IMG/VR virus record: IMGVR_UViG_3300025608_000549
Location: 1 to 54,156 of that record
Direction: 5' to 3' (one strand)
DNA from: a virus
Lineage: Duplodnaviria > Caudoviricetes
Length of the DNA stretch: 54,156 bases
Within the stretch, counting starts at the first letter, position 1. Each line of letters begins with the position of its first letter. The notes below the pieces were generated by a model, which did not search any database, was not told where the DNA came from, and saw only the letters and a list, made by a program, of their open reading frames with translations. The position numbers were made by a program, and so were the translations under genes. Shown here piece by piece: positions 16,339-25,348 of the stretch.

Positions 16339-19008
16339 ATGAGTTACGTAGATGCTTTCTACAACCGTGATACCGACACTATTCATGTTGTCGAACGAGA
16401 CGCCGAAGGTAAGCGTCAATTTAAAGAATACCCTGCAAGATATGTTTTTTATTATCCAGATGCTAAAGGAAAGTACACTAGCATTCATGGAGAACCATTG
16501 TCTCGAGTAACGTGTAAAAATCTAAAAGACTTCCACAAAGAACAAAAAATCTACAGCAATAAAAAACTATACGAAAGTGATATCAATCCTATCTTTAGAT
16601 GTTTAGAGGACAACTATCTCAATCAAGACGCACCTAAACTAAATGTTGCGTTTTTCGATATTGAGGTCGACTTTGATCCGGAACGTGGTTACGCATCGCC
16701 AGAAGATGCGTTTATGCCAATTACATCTATTGCTATTCATCTTCAGTGGTTAGATACATTAGTCTGTTTTGCGATTCCTCCCAAAACAATGTCTATGGAA
16801 GAAGCACAAGATGCTGTTAAAGAGTTTGACAACACTTACTTGTTTGAAACAGAAGGTGAGCTTTTAGATGCTTTCTTGGACCTAATTCAAGATGCTGACA
16901 TTTTAACTGGTTGGAACAGTGAAGGCTTTGATATTCCGTATACTGTTAATCGTGTAACTAAAGTACTAAGCAAAGAGGATACTAGACGTTTTTGCTTATG
17001 GGATCAACTTCCTAAGAAGCGTGAGTACGAAAAGTTTGGTAGACAAAGTGTTACGTATGACTTTTACGGTCGTGTACACTTAGACAGTCTTGAACTATAT
17101 CGCAAATATACCTATGAAGAACGTCATACATATCGACTAGATGCTATTGGCGAAATGGAAATCGGCGAAAATAAAACTGTTTACGAAGGCACACTTGATC
17201 AGTTATACAACAATGACTTTAGAACGTTCATTGAATATAACAGACAGGATACTGCGCTGTTGGACAAACTAGATAAGAAACTAAAGTTTATTGATCTCGC
17301 AAACACAGTTGCTCATGAAAATACTGTTATGCTACAAACAACAATGGGTGCTGTTGCTGTTACAGAACAAGGTATTATCAACGAGGCACACAGACGTGGC
17401 TTTATCGTTCCTAACAGGATTAGGCGAGAGCCCGGCAGTGAACCTGCGGCAGGTGCTTATGTTGCGTATCCTAAAAAAGGCATCGCACAATGGATTGGCT
17501 CCGTAGATATCAACTCTCTGTATCCGTCAGCGATTCGTGCGTTGAACATGGGTCCAGAAACTATCGTAGGACAACTACGACAGGATTATACCAAGAACTA
17601 CATCGACGAACAAATGATTCGTAATAAGAAGTCGTTTGCCGCGGCATGGGAAGGGCAGTTTGGTAGTTTAGAATACGAACTTGTTATGGAACGTAATGTA
17701 GCAAAAGAAATTACTATCGACTGGGAAGATGGTAACAGCGATACGTTATCAGGCGCTCAAATTTATGACTTAATTTTTGAGAGTAATCAACCGTGGATGC
17801 TTAGTGCTAACGGTACAATTTTTACTTACGAAAAAGAAGGTATCATTCCTGGACTACTAAAACGTTGGTATGCTGAACGTAAAGAAATGCAAGCCAAACT
17901 AAAAGAAGCCAAAGATGCTGGAAATAAAATTGAAATCGAATATTGGGACAAGCGTCAGCTAGTTAAGAAGATTAACTTGAACAGTTTGTATGGTGCTATT
18001 CTTAATCCAGGATGTAGATTCTTTGATAATAGAATCGGACAGTCGACCACACTAACTGGTCGTACTATTGTTAAACACATGGCTAGTAAGATTAACGAAA
18101 TTATTACAGGTGAATACGACTACAAAGGTAAAGCAGTTATCTATGGCGACACTGACTCTTGCTATTTTAGTGCGTATCCAGTTCTTCGTAATGAAATCGA
18201 AAAAGGACAAATTCCGTGGGATAAAGATAGTATCGTGAAACTTTACGATCAAATCGCGGACGAAGCATCAGCAAGTTTTCCTAAAATGATGTTAGACAAG
18301 TTTCATTGTCCTAAGAGTAGAGGCGAAGTAATTAAAGCAGGTCGAGAAGTAGTTGCTGTAAGCGGACTGTTTATTACCAAGAAACGTTATGCTGTACTGT
18401 ACTATGACATGGAAGGTTTCCGTGTAGATACAGACGGTAAAGAAGGTAACATCAAGGCAATGGGTCTAGATCTTAAGCGATCAGATACTCCTGTTGTAAT
18501 TCAAGACTTTTTAAAAGAAGTATTAGAAATGGTGTTGTCAGGTAAAGAAAAGGAAGCAGTACTAGATTACATTACTGAGTTTAGAACAGACTTTCATGGA
18601 AGGCCGGGTTGGGAGAAAGGTTCGCCTAAACGTGCTAATAAGATTACCGAATACCAAGCAAAGGAAAAGAAACTTGGTAAAGCAAATATGCCAGGACACG
18701 TAAGAGCAAGTATTAACTGGAACACACTCAAGCGTATGAACGGCGACAAGTATTCAATGAACATCACGGACGGTGCTAAAGTTATTGTTTGTAAAGTAAA
18801 GGATAACCCAATGGGATTTACTAGTGTGGCTTATCCGGTTGACGAACTTAGGCTTCCAGAATGGTTCAAAGAATTACCATTTGATGATTCCCAAATGGAA
18901 AGAACAGTTATTGATGAAAAACTCGGTAACTTGATCGGTGTGCTTGACTGGGACATCAGTCAAACAAGGCAAGACAACACATTTAACAGTTTGTTTGATT
19001 TTGAATAA
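16339..19008 (+). CDS. Family B DNA polymerase (gp43-like)
   Basis: ExoI DIEVD, ExoII WNSEGFD, ExoIII YNRQD; DINSLYPS, KINLNSLYG, YGDTDS, KKRY. Confidence 0.97.
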   Translation: MSYVDAFYNRDTDTIHVVERDAEGKRQFKEYPARYVFYYPDAKGKYTSIHGEPLSRVTCKNLKDFHKEQKIYSNKKLYESDINPIFRCLEDNYLNQDAPKLNVAFFDIEVDFDPERGYASPEDAFMPITSIAIHLQWLDTLVCFAIPPKTMSMEEAQDAVKEFDNTYLFETEGELLDAFLDLIQDADILTGWNSEGFDIPYTVNRVTKVLSKEDTRRFCLWDQLPKKREYEKFGRQSVTYDFYGRVHLDSLELYRKYTYEERHTYRLDAIGEMEIGENKTVYEGTLDQLYNNDFRTFIEYNRQDTALLDKLDKKLKFIDLANTVAHENTVMLQTTMGAVAVTEQGIINEAHRRGFIVPNRIRREPGSEPAAGAYVAYPKKGIAQWIGSVDINSLYPSAIRALNMGPETIVGQLRQDYTKNYIDEQMIRNKKSFAAAWEGQFGSLEYELVMERNVAKEITIDWEDGNSDTLSGAQIYDLIFESNQPWMLSANGTIFTYEKEGIIPGLLKRWYAERKEMQAKLKEAKDAGNKIEIEYWDKRQLVKKINLNSLYGAILNPGCRFFDNRIGQSTTLTGRTIVKHMASKINEIITGEYDYKGKAVIYGDTDSCYFSAYPVLRNEIEKGQIPWDKDSIVKLYDQIADEASASFPKMMLDKFHCPKSRGEVIKAGREVVAVSGLFITKKRYAVLYYDMEGFRVDTDGKEGNIKAMGLDLKRSDTPVVIQDFLKEVLEMVLSGKEKEAVLDYITEFRTDFHGRPGWEKGSPKRANKITEYQAKEKKLGKANMPGHVRASINWNTLKRMNGDKYSMNITDGAKVIVCKVKDNPMGFTSVAYPVDELRLPEWFKELPFDDSQMERTVIDEKLGNLIGVLDWDISQTRQDNTFNSLFDFE

Positions 19009-19015
19009 AAAAGTG

Positions 19016-19044
19016 TTGACAAACCTAAATAAATCTACTATACT
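19016..19044 (+). promoter_or_regulatory. Sigma70-type promoter TTGACA-N17-TATACT with embedded TAAATA (19026-19031)
   Basis: Direct motif match. Confidence 0.75.
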
Positions 19045-19068
19045 ATATAGAAATCAGGAGACATCTCA

Positions 19069-19806
19069 ATGAAAGACATTTTACAAGACATTGTAAGCCA
19101 TACACAGAACTTAGGCTTTCTTACTACCGTAAAGGTTACAGGTGAAGAAAGTAAGACTTCGATCTTTTCAATGGCTGACGACCGCTCTGTGATTATGGAA
19201 GCAGAAACACATAATCCATACGCAGACATGATTGGTATCTTTGGTATGCCACAACTTAACAAACTAAAGTATTTGCTAGATGGTAGTGAATACAAAGAAG
19301 ATGCTAAGATCAGTATTACTACAGCAGATCGTAACGGAGAAACAGTTCCAGTAGGCATCCACTTTGAAAATAAAGATGGCGACTTCAAAAACGATTATCG
19401 TTTTATGAACATGGAAATTATTAACGAGAAGATGAAAACTGTTAAGTTCCGTGGCGCTAACTGGAACGTTACTGTTGTTCCAACACTTGCTGGTGTACAG
19501 CGTATGAGCTTTCAAGCTGGCGCAAACCCAGAGCATCCAACATTCCTTGCTAAAACAGATCAAGGCAACTTGAAATTTAGTTTTGGTGATGCTAGTTCAC
19601 ACGCAGGCGAATTTACTTTTGCTACTGATGTTGAAGGTACTTTAGATCGCGGCTGGACTTGGCCAGTACTTCCAATCCTAAGTATTCTTAAGATTGCTGA
19701 TGTAAACAATACTAAGATGAGTCTTAGTAACGATGGCGCTATCCAAATTGAATTAGACAGCGGACTAGCAAATTACAAATATATCATTCCAGCACAGGCG
19801 GCCTAA
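19069..19806 (+). CDS. Sliding clamp (gp45/PCNA-like processivity factor)
   Basis: 245 aa, follows polB; clamp-like beta/alpha pattern ending in ...YKYIIPA; inferred from size, pattern and context. Confidence 0.7.
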   Translation: MKDILQDIVSHTQNLGFLTTVKVTGEESKTSIFSMADDRSVIMEAETHNPYADMIGIFGMPQLNKLKYLLDGSEYKEDAKISITTADRNGETVPVGIHFENKDGDFKNDYRFMNMEIINEKMKTVKFRGANWNVTVVPTLAGVQRMSFQAGANPEHPTFLAKTDQGNLKFSFGDASSHAGEFTFATDVEGTLDRGWTWPVLPILSILKIADVNNTKMSLSNDGAIQIELDSGLANYKYIIPAQAA

Positions 19807-19814
19807 ATATTATT

Positions 19815-21341
19815 ATGAAAGCACCAGTAAACTTAACACCGTTACAGAAAGACTACGCAGTGTATTTGCCTGCGATTAGTACTTTCTATTCCACATACAT
19901 ATCTAAACAAAGACAAGGCGAATTCGTTCCACAGGATCGTATTCCGCAAGGCTTTGATCGCGGCATTGAAGGTATGAACTTTCTAAATCCAGAAGAAGGT
20001 TATTTTACATACAAGTATGGTTTGTATTCAGCAGGCCACGCACAACTAGATCTTGACAAAACACTTGTACAAGATTCTATGATTCAAAATAGAGACAGAA
20101 AGAATACTGTTATCTTAGGCGACTCAGGCGGATATCAGATTGGTAAAGGTGTTCTTAAGTTTGATTGGCATAATTTTGAAGGTGCTAGTGCTGATAAAAC
20201 TCGTAGTCAAATTTTAAACTGGCTTGAACTAACTGCTGATTGGTCAATGCTACTCGATGTTCCGACTTGGGCAAGCGATCATATTCATTCGCCTAAGACA
20301 GGACTAAAAAGTTTTGATGATTGTTTAAATAAAACACTACACAACAATGACTACTTTATTCGTAATCGCTTAGGACAAACAAAGTTCTTAAACGTATTAC
20401 AAGGTAGTGATTGGGAAACTGCTGATGCTTGGTATCAAGCAGTTAAACATCTTCCAACAGAAGGGTGGGCAATGGGTGGTAAAAATATGTGTGATATGGA
20501 AATCGCACTTAAACGTATCATTACATTGCGTGACGAAAAACTGTTAGATGATAGAGACTGGATGCACTTCTTAGGCACAGCTCAACTAGACTGGTCGTGT
20601 TATTTGACTAGTATTCAACGACAAGTAAGAAAGACCGTTAATGAAAACTTTACCATATCTTTTGATTGCGCCTCACCGTTTATCGCAACAGCACACGGAC
20701 TTGTGTACACAAACGCACAACACACAAACAAGCGGTGGTCAGTCATCATGGACAAAGCACCCGACAACAAAGCCATTAGCCAGGCTTTTGACATCCCCTT
20801 CCCTTTCGAATCAGAAATCGGACGAAGAATCACACAAGGTGACGTCTGCTGGTACAAAGAAGGAATGGAAAACAAAATAGGCAAGATTGGAAAAACATCT
20901 TGGGATAGTTTTAGTTATGCACTAATGATGGCACATAATACATACTGTCACATTGTTGCGGTACAACGTGCTAACAACTTAATGGATATCGAAACTGCTC
21001 GATTCAAACCAGATTGGAGAGAGTGGCGTAAGATCAAAGATTCAGACATGAGTGATGAATTCAGTGATTGGGTTCCACGTAATGTATTGTACTTTGATCG
21101 CTTCGTAGAAGAATTGTTCGCGAGCGAAAAGCCTTTTGAAATGATTGAACAAGCAAAGCCCATGTTGAATAACATGATGGGTATGCGTTTGAAAGGCGGC
21201 GTTGCGAATAATACCTTCAACAACTTGTTTGATGAAGATCAAAAAACAGGCGGTGTTGAAGATTTTAACGATCCAAATGACGAGAAACTTCTCGAATTGG
21301 AAGAACTATATCATGAAGGACTAGCAAAGGAAACTGTCTAA
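19815..21341 (+). CDS. dpdA: TGT-fold transglycosylase, DpdA-like (7-deazaguanine insertion into DNA)
   Basis: TGT motifs DSGGYQ, MLLDVP, NVLQG, GWAMGG, HFLG, SFDCASP; clustered with folE/queE; TAAATA (19804-19809) 5 nt upstream. Confidence 0.8.
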   Translation: MKAPVNLTPLQKDYAVYLPAISTFYSTYISKQRQGEFVPQDRIPQGFDRGIEGMNFLNPEEGYFTYKYGLYSAGHAQLDLDKTLVQDSMIQNRDRKNTVILGDSGGYQIGKGVLKFDWHNFEGASADKTRSQILNWLELTADWSMLLDVPTWASDHIHSPKTGLKSFDDCLNKTLHNNDYFIRNRLGQTKFLNVLQGSDWETADAWYQAVKHLPTEGWAMGGKNMCDMEIALKRIITLRDEKLLDDRDWMHFLGTAQLDWSCYLTSIQRQVRKTVNENFTISFDCASPFIATAHGLVYTNAQHTNKRWSVIMDKAPDNKAISQAFDIPFPFESEIGRRITQGDVCWYKEGMENKIGKIGKTSWDSFSYALMMAHNTYCHIVAVQRANNLMDIETARFKPDWREWRKIKDSDMSDEFSDWVPRNVLYFDRFVEELFASEKPFEMIEQAKPMLNNMMGMRLKGGVANNTFNNLFDEDQKTGGVEDFNDPNDEKLLELEELYHEGLAKETV

Positions 21342-21859
21342 TGAAAAGAAACTATGCTTCGGGTGTTAATAGTGACGTTGACTTTTTTGTAGGATATGAA
21401 GTTGAAAAGACTCCTGCTTACAATTTAAAAACATTGTTTGTAACAGGTTTAAAAGATCCTGCTGACATTCAACTTTGGTATGAGAAAGAAGAATGTGAAC
21501 ACATCTTCTTCGGTTCTAATCATAGTTACCAACCAAAAATAGCAGAAGACTATGAAGCATGGGAAGAAATGATTGAACATTTCTTGGAACAGGATATCAT
21601 TTGTAGTTTGGATATTCCTTTAGATGTTTCCGAAGAATTTTTAGACGGACCGTTAGTAGAATATAATCATTTTATTCCGCAACTCCGTGTAGTGATTCCT
21701 TACATCGATCAATGGAATTATAACACAATGGTTAAAATTGACGACAAAGGATTTAAAGCGTCCAATCCAGGTGTTTGGTGTCACAGTTTACACGATCTAA
21801 AAGATCGCACTAAATTCACAGATTGGGCAAAGTATGGTCTTGACAAAATAGTAGAGTAG
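21341..21859 (+). CDS. Hypothetical protein coupled to the DpdA-like gene
   Basis: 172 aa; TAATG overlap; GYEVEKTP, HIFFGSNHS, NPGVWCH segments. Confidence 0.75.
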   Translation: MKRNYASGVNSDVDFFVGYEVEKTPAYNLKTLFVTGLKDPADIQLWYEKEECEHIFFGSNHSYQPKIAEDYEAWEEMIEHFLEQDIICSLDIPLDVSEEFLDGPLVEYNHFIPQLRVVIPYIDQWNYNTMVKIDDKGFKASNPGVWCHSLHDLKDRTKFTDWAKYGLDKIVE

Positions 21860-21868
21860 TAATATAAT
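21840..21868 (+). promoter_or_regulatory. Perfect sigma70 consensus TTGACA-N17-TATAAT
   Basis: -35 at 21840-21845, -10 at 21863-21868; -10 overlaps ATG 21867. Confidence 0.8.
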
Positions 21869-22349
21869 GAGTGTACAACAAGAAAGTTATCACAACTATA
21901 TGATGAGACGAATGAAAGAAGAAGACGCAAAAATGAATAATCCGCTAAGTAAAGCTAATAGAAGTATATGGGTTACCTTCCGTAAAGAAGGTGTTCATAT
22001 GTATCCAGGAGCAGATAGTGACCCGAAATTGGCAACAGGTGATTGGGACGATGTGTCGTTTCTTGGTGTGCCTCATCGCCATATCTTTCATTTCCGGGTG
22101 CGCATCGAGGTGTTCCACAACGATAGAGACATCGAGTTCATCCAGTTCAAACGCTGGATGGAAAGACTCTATAATGGAGAGAGTACAACCGACAGTGAAG
22201 TGCTCGTTCTAAATCATCGTTCATGCGAAATGATTGCGGATGAACTGTATGAGAAAATTTCTGCGAAGTATCCCGGCCGCTTTGTAGAGATTGATGTCGC
22301 CGAAGATGGCGAAAATGGCTGTTCAATTTTTTATCCTAAACCACAATAA
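21867..22349 (+). CDS. QueD-paralogous T-fold protein, DpdL-like (predicted CDG decarboxylase); true start may be a downstream Met (21900-21933)
   Basis: H...LGVPHRHIF (LxxxHRHxF instead of QueD CxxxHGH), IEF..FK, SCEMIA, VAEDGEN. Confidence 0.7.
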   Translation: MSVQQESYHNYMMRRMKEEDAKMNNPLSKANRSIWVTFRKEGVHMYPGADSDPKLATGDWDDVSFLGVPHRHIFHFRVRIEVFHNDRDIEFIQFKRWMERLYNGESTTDSEVLVLNHRSCEMIADELYEKISAKYPGRFVEIDVAEDGENGCSIFYPKPQ

Positions 22350-22373
22350 CTTGATAGCAAGAGGAATATTAAA

Positions 22374-22580
22374 ATGGCAATTAAGTTCAACCGCGATGCG
22401 TATGACCGTGTATTCACTGATCTCGAAGCATACCTCGATTTTTGCCGATTTGAACTCCGTGAGTTCAATCCTGCTCACCTTTACGACAAAAGTAATTCAA
22501 ACTTTCGTGCGTTCCAAGCGAGCAAACGTAAAAACTATCGGCACCGCCAGCCACGTTACCAATTTTCAAAAAGGAAGTAA
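22374..22580 (+). CDS. Small hypothetical protein with basic tail
   Basis: 68 aa; SD GAGG. Confidence 0.7.
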   Translation: MAIKFNRDAYDRVFTDLEAYLDFCRFELREFNPAHLYDKSNSNFRAFQASKRKNYRHRQPRYQFSKRK

Positions 22581-22583
22581 TTA

Positions 22584-23672
22584 ATGACTATTTACATCGT
22601 AGACATCGAAGCAGTTGATACACGTTATACTAAACAATGGAAAGACTATGTACCGACATTGTTGAAAAGGTCTACGGGTAAAGAAGTTAAAGTAATTAGC
22701 GGTGGGGAAACGCCTCAGGCTACTACGCCTGGGGCTTTCCTTAACTTCGGTGGTACTAACGTTTATAAATCTAAACAACTCGAACAGATTGGCGAGATGT
22801 TTTGTAAAGGAGAAATTAAAGATGGAGATTATTTCCTATATACGGATGCGTGGAACCCAACTGTTATCCAGCTTCGTTACATGGCTGAGCTCTTGGGCGT
22901 GGATATACGAATCGGTGGCCTTTGGCATGCTGGTAGTTATGATCCTCATGATTTCCTTGGTAGGCTAATTGGTAGTGCTCCGTGGGTAAGACATGCTGAA
23001 AAGAGCATGTTCCATGTGTACGATCATAACTTCTTTGCTACAGACTTTCATATTAAGATGTTTGTAGAAACGCTATGGGAAGACGATCCATATTTGTACG
23101 AGTGGACACAAGAAGTACTTGAAGGCGAAGACGAGCGTTTTAAACGTGTTGGCTGGCCTATGGAATATTTAGACGATACTCTAACAGTATATAAGGGCAT
23201 GGAGAAAAAGAATACTGTGCTATTTCCGCACAGAATTGCTCCAGAAAAGCAAGTAGAAATATTTCGCGATTTAAAAGAAGCCCTGCCAGAATACGATTTT
23301 ATTATCTGTCAAGAACGTGAACTTACTAAAAACGAGTATCACAACTTACTAGGTGAAGCAAAGATGGTTTTTAGTGCTAACTTACAAGAAACACTTGGTA
23401 TTAGTTGGTACGAAGGCGCACTTGTTGGAGCGTTGCCTTTGGTGCCAGATAGATTAAGTTACAGTGAAATGGCTGTTGACGATTTCAAGTATCCAAGCGA
23501 ATGGACTACTGACTTCCAACAGTATAAACTTAATAAAGGCGAACTTGTAAAACGCATTAAATTTATGATGGAAAATTACGACAATTATCGTGTAAGCCTA
23601 AATAAACAAGTTGATCAACTAAAAGATAAATTCTTTGGTTGCTCTAACTTAATAAAAGTGTTACAATATTAA
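22584..23672 (+). CDS. GT-B fold glycosyltransferase (GT4-like)
   Basis: WHAG, FPHRIAPEKQ and QETLGISWYE (ExxGxxxxE) motifs; LPLVPDRLSY. Confidence 0.8.
   Translation: MTIYIVDIEAVDTRYTKQWKDYVPTLLKRSTGKEVKVISGGETPQATTPGAFLNFGGTNVYKSKQLEQIGEMFCKGEIKDGDYFLYTDAWNPTVIQLRYMAELLGVDIRIGGLWHAGSYDPHDFLGRLIGSAPWVRHAEKSMFHVYDHNFFATDFHIKMFVETLWEDDPYLYEWTQEVLEGEDERFKRVGWPMEYLDDTLTVYKGMEKKNTVLFPHRIAPEKQVEIFRDLKEALPEYDFIICQERELTKNEYHNLLGEAKMVFSANLQETLGISWYEGALVGALPLVPDRLSYSEMAVDDFKYPSEWTTDFQQYKLNKGELVKRIKFMMENYDNYRVSLNKQVDQLKDKFFGCSNLIKVLQY
23639..23667 (+). promoter_or_regulatory. Candidate promoter for folE: TTGCTC-N17-TACAAT with extended TG
   Basis: TGnTACAAT at 23659-23667. Confidence 0.5.
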
Positions 23673-23713
23673 TATGATGAGAGACATCCTCGTCTATAAC
23701 TCGGAGAAACAAA

Positions 23714-24400
23714 TTGGCAAAATCAGATGAAATTAAAGCAAAGCTAGAAGATGCTAACATTCGCTATTGGGCGGGTGACAACATTTCAGAAGTCCTACAA
23801 AAGGGCGACAAAGAAGAACTTATCGAAGAAGCAACAGTAGCATTTGAAAATGTGCTGGATGCTCTTGTTATTGATCGGAACAACGATCCTAACTCACAAG
23901 GTACAGCAAGACGACTTGCTAAAATGTACTTTAATGAGATCATGAGCGGGCGATATGATCCAATTCCAAACGCAACAGCATTTCCAAATGATTCAGAAGA
24001 CCGTTACGAAGGCATGCTTGTAGTTCGTAGCGAACTTCGTAGTATATGTAGTCACCATCATCAACCTGTTACTGGAGTTGCTTATATTGGCATTATTGCG
24101 GCAGAGAAATTAATTGGTCTTAGTAAGTATACACGTATTGCTCAATGGTGCGCTCGTCGCGGAACACTACAAGAAGAACTTGCTAATGACATTGCTCGTG
24201 AAATTCAAAAAGCAACAGGTGCTGAACATGTAGGCGTGTACGTTCAAGCAACACATGGTTGTTGTGAAAACCGTGGTATTATGGCACATAGCTCACTTAC
24301 GCAGACAACTGTACTAAAAGGTGCGTTTAAAGACGACCCAGGTACAAAGAAAGAGTTTATGGACAATATTAAACTACAACAGGAGTTTGCTCCACGATGA
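23714..24400 (+). CDS. folE: GTP cyclohydrolase I
   Basis: TARRLAKMY, SICSHHHQP, IGLSKYTR, LQEEL, HGCCENRG; TTG start with SD GGAG. Confidence 0.95.
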   Translation: MAKSDEIKAKLEDANIRYWAGDNISEVLQKGDKEELIEEATVAFENVLDALVIDRNNDPNSQGTARRLAKMYFNEIMSGRYDPIPNATAFPNDSEDRYEGMLVVRSELRSICSHHHQPVTGVAYIGIIAAEKLIGLSKYTRIAQWCARRGTLQEELANDIAREIQKATGAEHVGVYVQATHGCCENRGIMAHSSLTQTTVLKGAFKDDPGTKKEFMDNIKLQQEFAPR

Positions 24401-24516
24401 ATAATTTAAGTGATTATATCGCAGTGATTGTAGCAAAAGTTCTTATTGTTACAGTTTTTATAATGGGTATGATTAGTTTAGGTATTGATCTTTATACCGG
24501 AAGGCTTCCATTATGA
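24397..24516 (+). CDS. 39 aa single-TM protein (not in ORF track)
   Basis: MNNLSDYIAVIVAKVLIVTVFIMGMISLGIDLYTGRLPL; ATGA overlaps at both ends. Confidence 0.65.
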   Translation: MNNLSDYIAVIVAKVLIVTVFIMGMISLGIDLYTGRLPL

Positions 24517-24737
24517 TTAACAAATTATTTAGAGTTCCAGATTCTTTTACACTAGAAGATGCATTGGAACACAAAAGAATTGGACCAATATTACAACTGG
24601 CATCAAACTATAAAGTTCAATCGAAATATGATTGTAGATTCATTAACGCTAACTTTACAGAAGGAAACTGGATGTTTGCGTTAGTAAAAAACCCAGATTT
24701 AGGGAAAACACCAAAAAAGTTGGACGATTATGACTGA
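24513..24737 (+). CDS. Hypothetical protein
   Basis: 74 aa, coupled. Confidence 0.6.
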   Translation: MINKLFRVPDSFTLEDALEHKRIGPILQLASNYKVQSKYDCRFINANFTEGNWMFALVKNPDLGKTPKKLDDYD

Positions 24738-24894
24738 ACCAGTAGACGTAAGCAAAAAGCATTTTCATTTAAGCATGGTTAAGAGCCTTGTTCGTATTGG
24801 AGGGTGTGTAGTATTGCTAGGGTGGCAAGACATCGGTTGGTTTGCTCTAGCATTTTTAGTTGCTGAATTAATTGGAATTGCGGAGGAACTATAA
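24730..24894 (+). CDS. 54 aa membrane protein (not in ORF track)
   Basis: MTEPVDVSKKHFHLSMVKSLVRIGGCVVLLGWQDIGWFALAFLVAELIGIAEEL; fills the gap; TAATG coupling. Confidence 0.7.
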   Translation: MTEPVDVSKKHFHLSMVKSLVRIGGCVVLLGWQDIGWFALAFLVAELIGIAEEL

Positions 24895-25139
24895 TGGCAT
24901 TTGAATGGGGACGAATTCATAAATGGGAAGAAAACATTGAACGTGATGTTACAGATAGTGTAACTGAATACATTTGTGAATTTTATGAGATTGATAATAT
25001 TTTAGAGTTGACCAAAGAGCAAGTAAACGAAATTATTGCTTTTCGTGAAGATCTAAATGAGTATTCACCTATGCAGTTAGGGTTTTTTAACATTCTTAAT
25101 GAATGGGATAATGAACATTACGAAGAAAGCGATGAGTGA
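24894..25139 (+). CDS. Acidic hypothetical protein
   Basis: 81 aa; SD GGAGG. Confidence 0.7.
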   Translation: MAFEWGRIHKWEENIERDVTDSVTEYICEFYEIDNILELTKEQVNEIIAFREDLNEYSPMQLGFFNILNEWDNEHYEESDE

Positions 25140-25348
25140 TGGGACCGTATAGCGAAATGAAGCAACAGGAAAGAAGAGATACTATTCAAAATCTGTTAGA
25201 TAATAATCCAGATTTAGATCCTGTTACTAGAGCTATGTGGCAACGACATCTACATAACATCGCTATAGACGAAGGCGAATACGTTAAACGAGTACATGAA
25301 GTCTATGGTAACATCTATAGTAGGTATACAGACCAATGGCTGACATAA
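25136..25348 (+). CDS. Hypothetical protein
   Basis: 70 aa, coupled. Confidence 0.65.
   Translation: MMGPYSEMKQQERRDTIQNLLDNNPDLDPVTRAMWQRHLHNIAIDEGEYVKRVHEVYGNIYSRYTDQWLT

Noticed and set aside
16339-19008. Intein, intron or split in the DNA polymerase
   Set aside because: Single 889 aa ORF with all motifs in order and no splice-junction or homing endonuclease motifs
19815-21341. Ordinary tRNA-guanine transglycosylase (tgt)
   Set aside because: Lacks the CxCxxC zinc site of bacterial Tgt, is longer, and sits with pol/clamp; DNA-acting DpdA-like preferred, though not proven
21867-22349. Canonical queD
   Set aside because: Catalytic CxxxHGH replaced by LxxxHRH; symbol withheld
23674-23716. 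Canonical preQ1-I riboswitch upstream of folE
   Set aside because: Does not match the known loop and A-rich tail consensus; kept only as a speculative novel element
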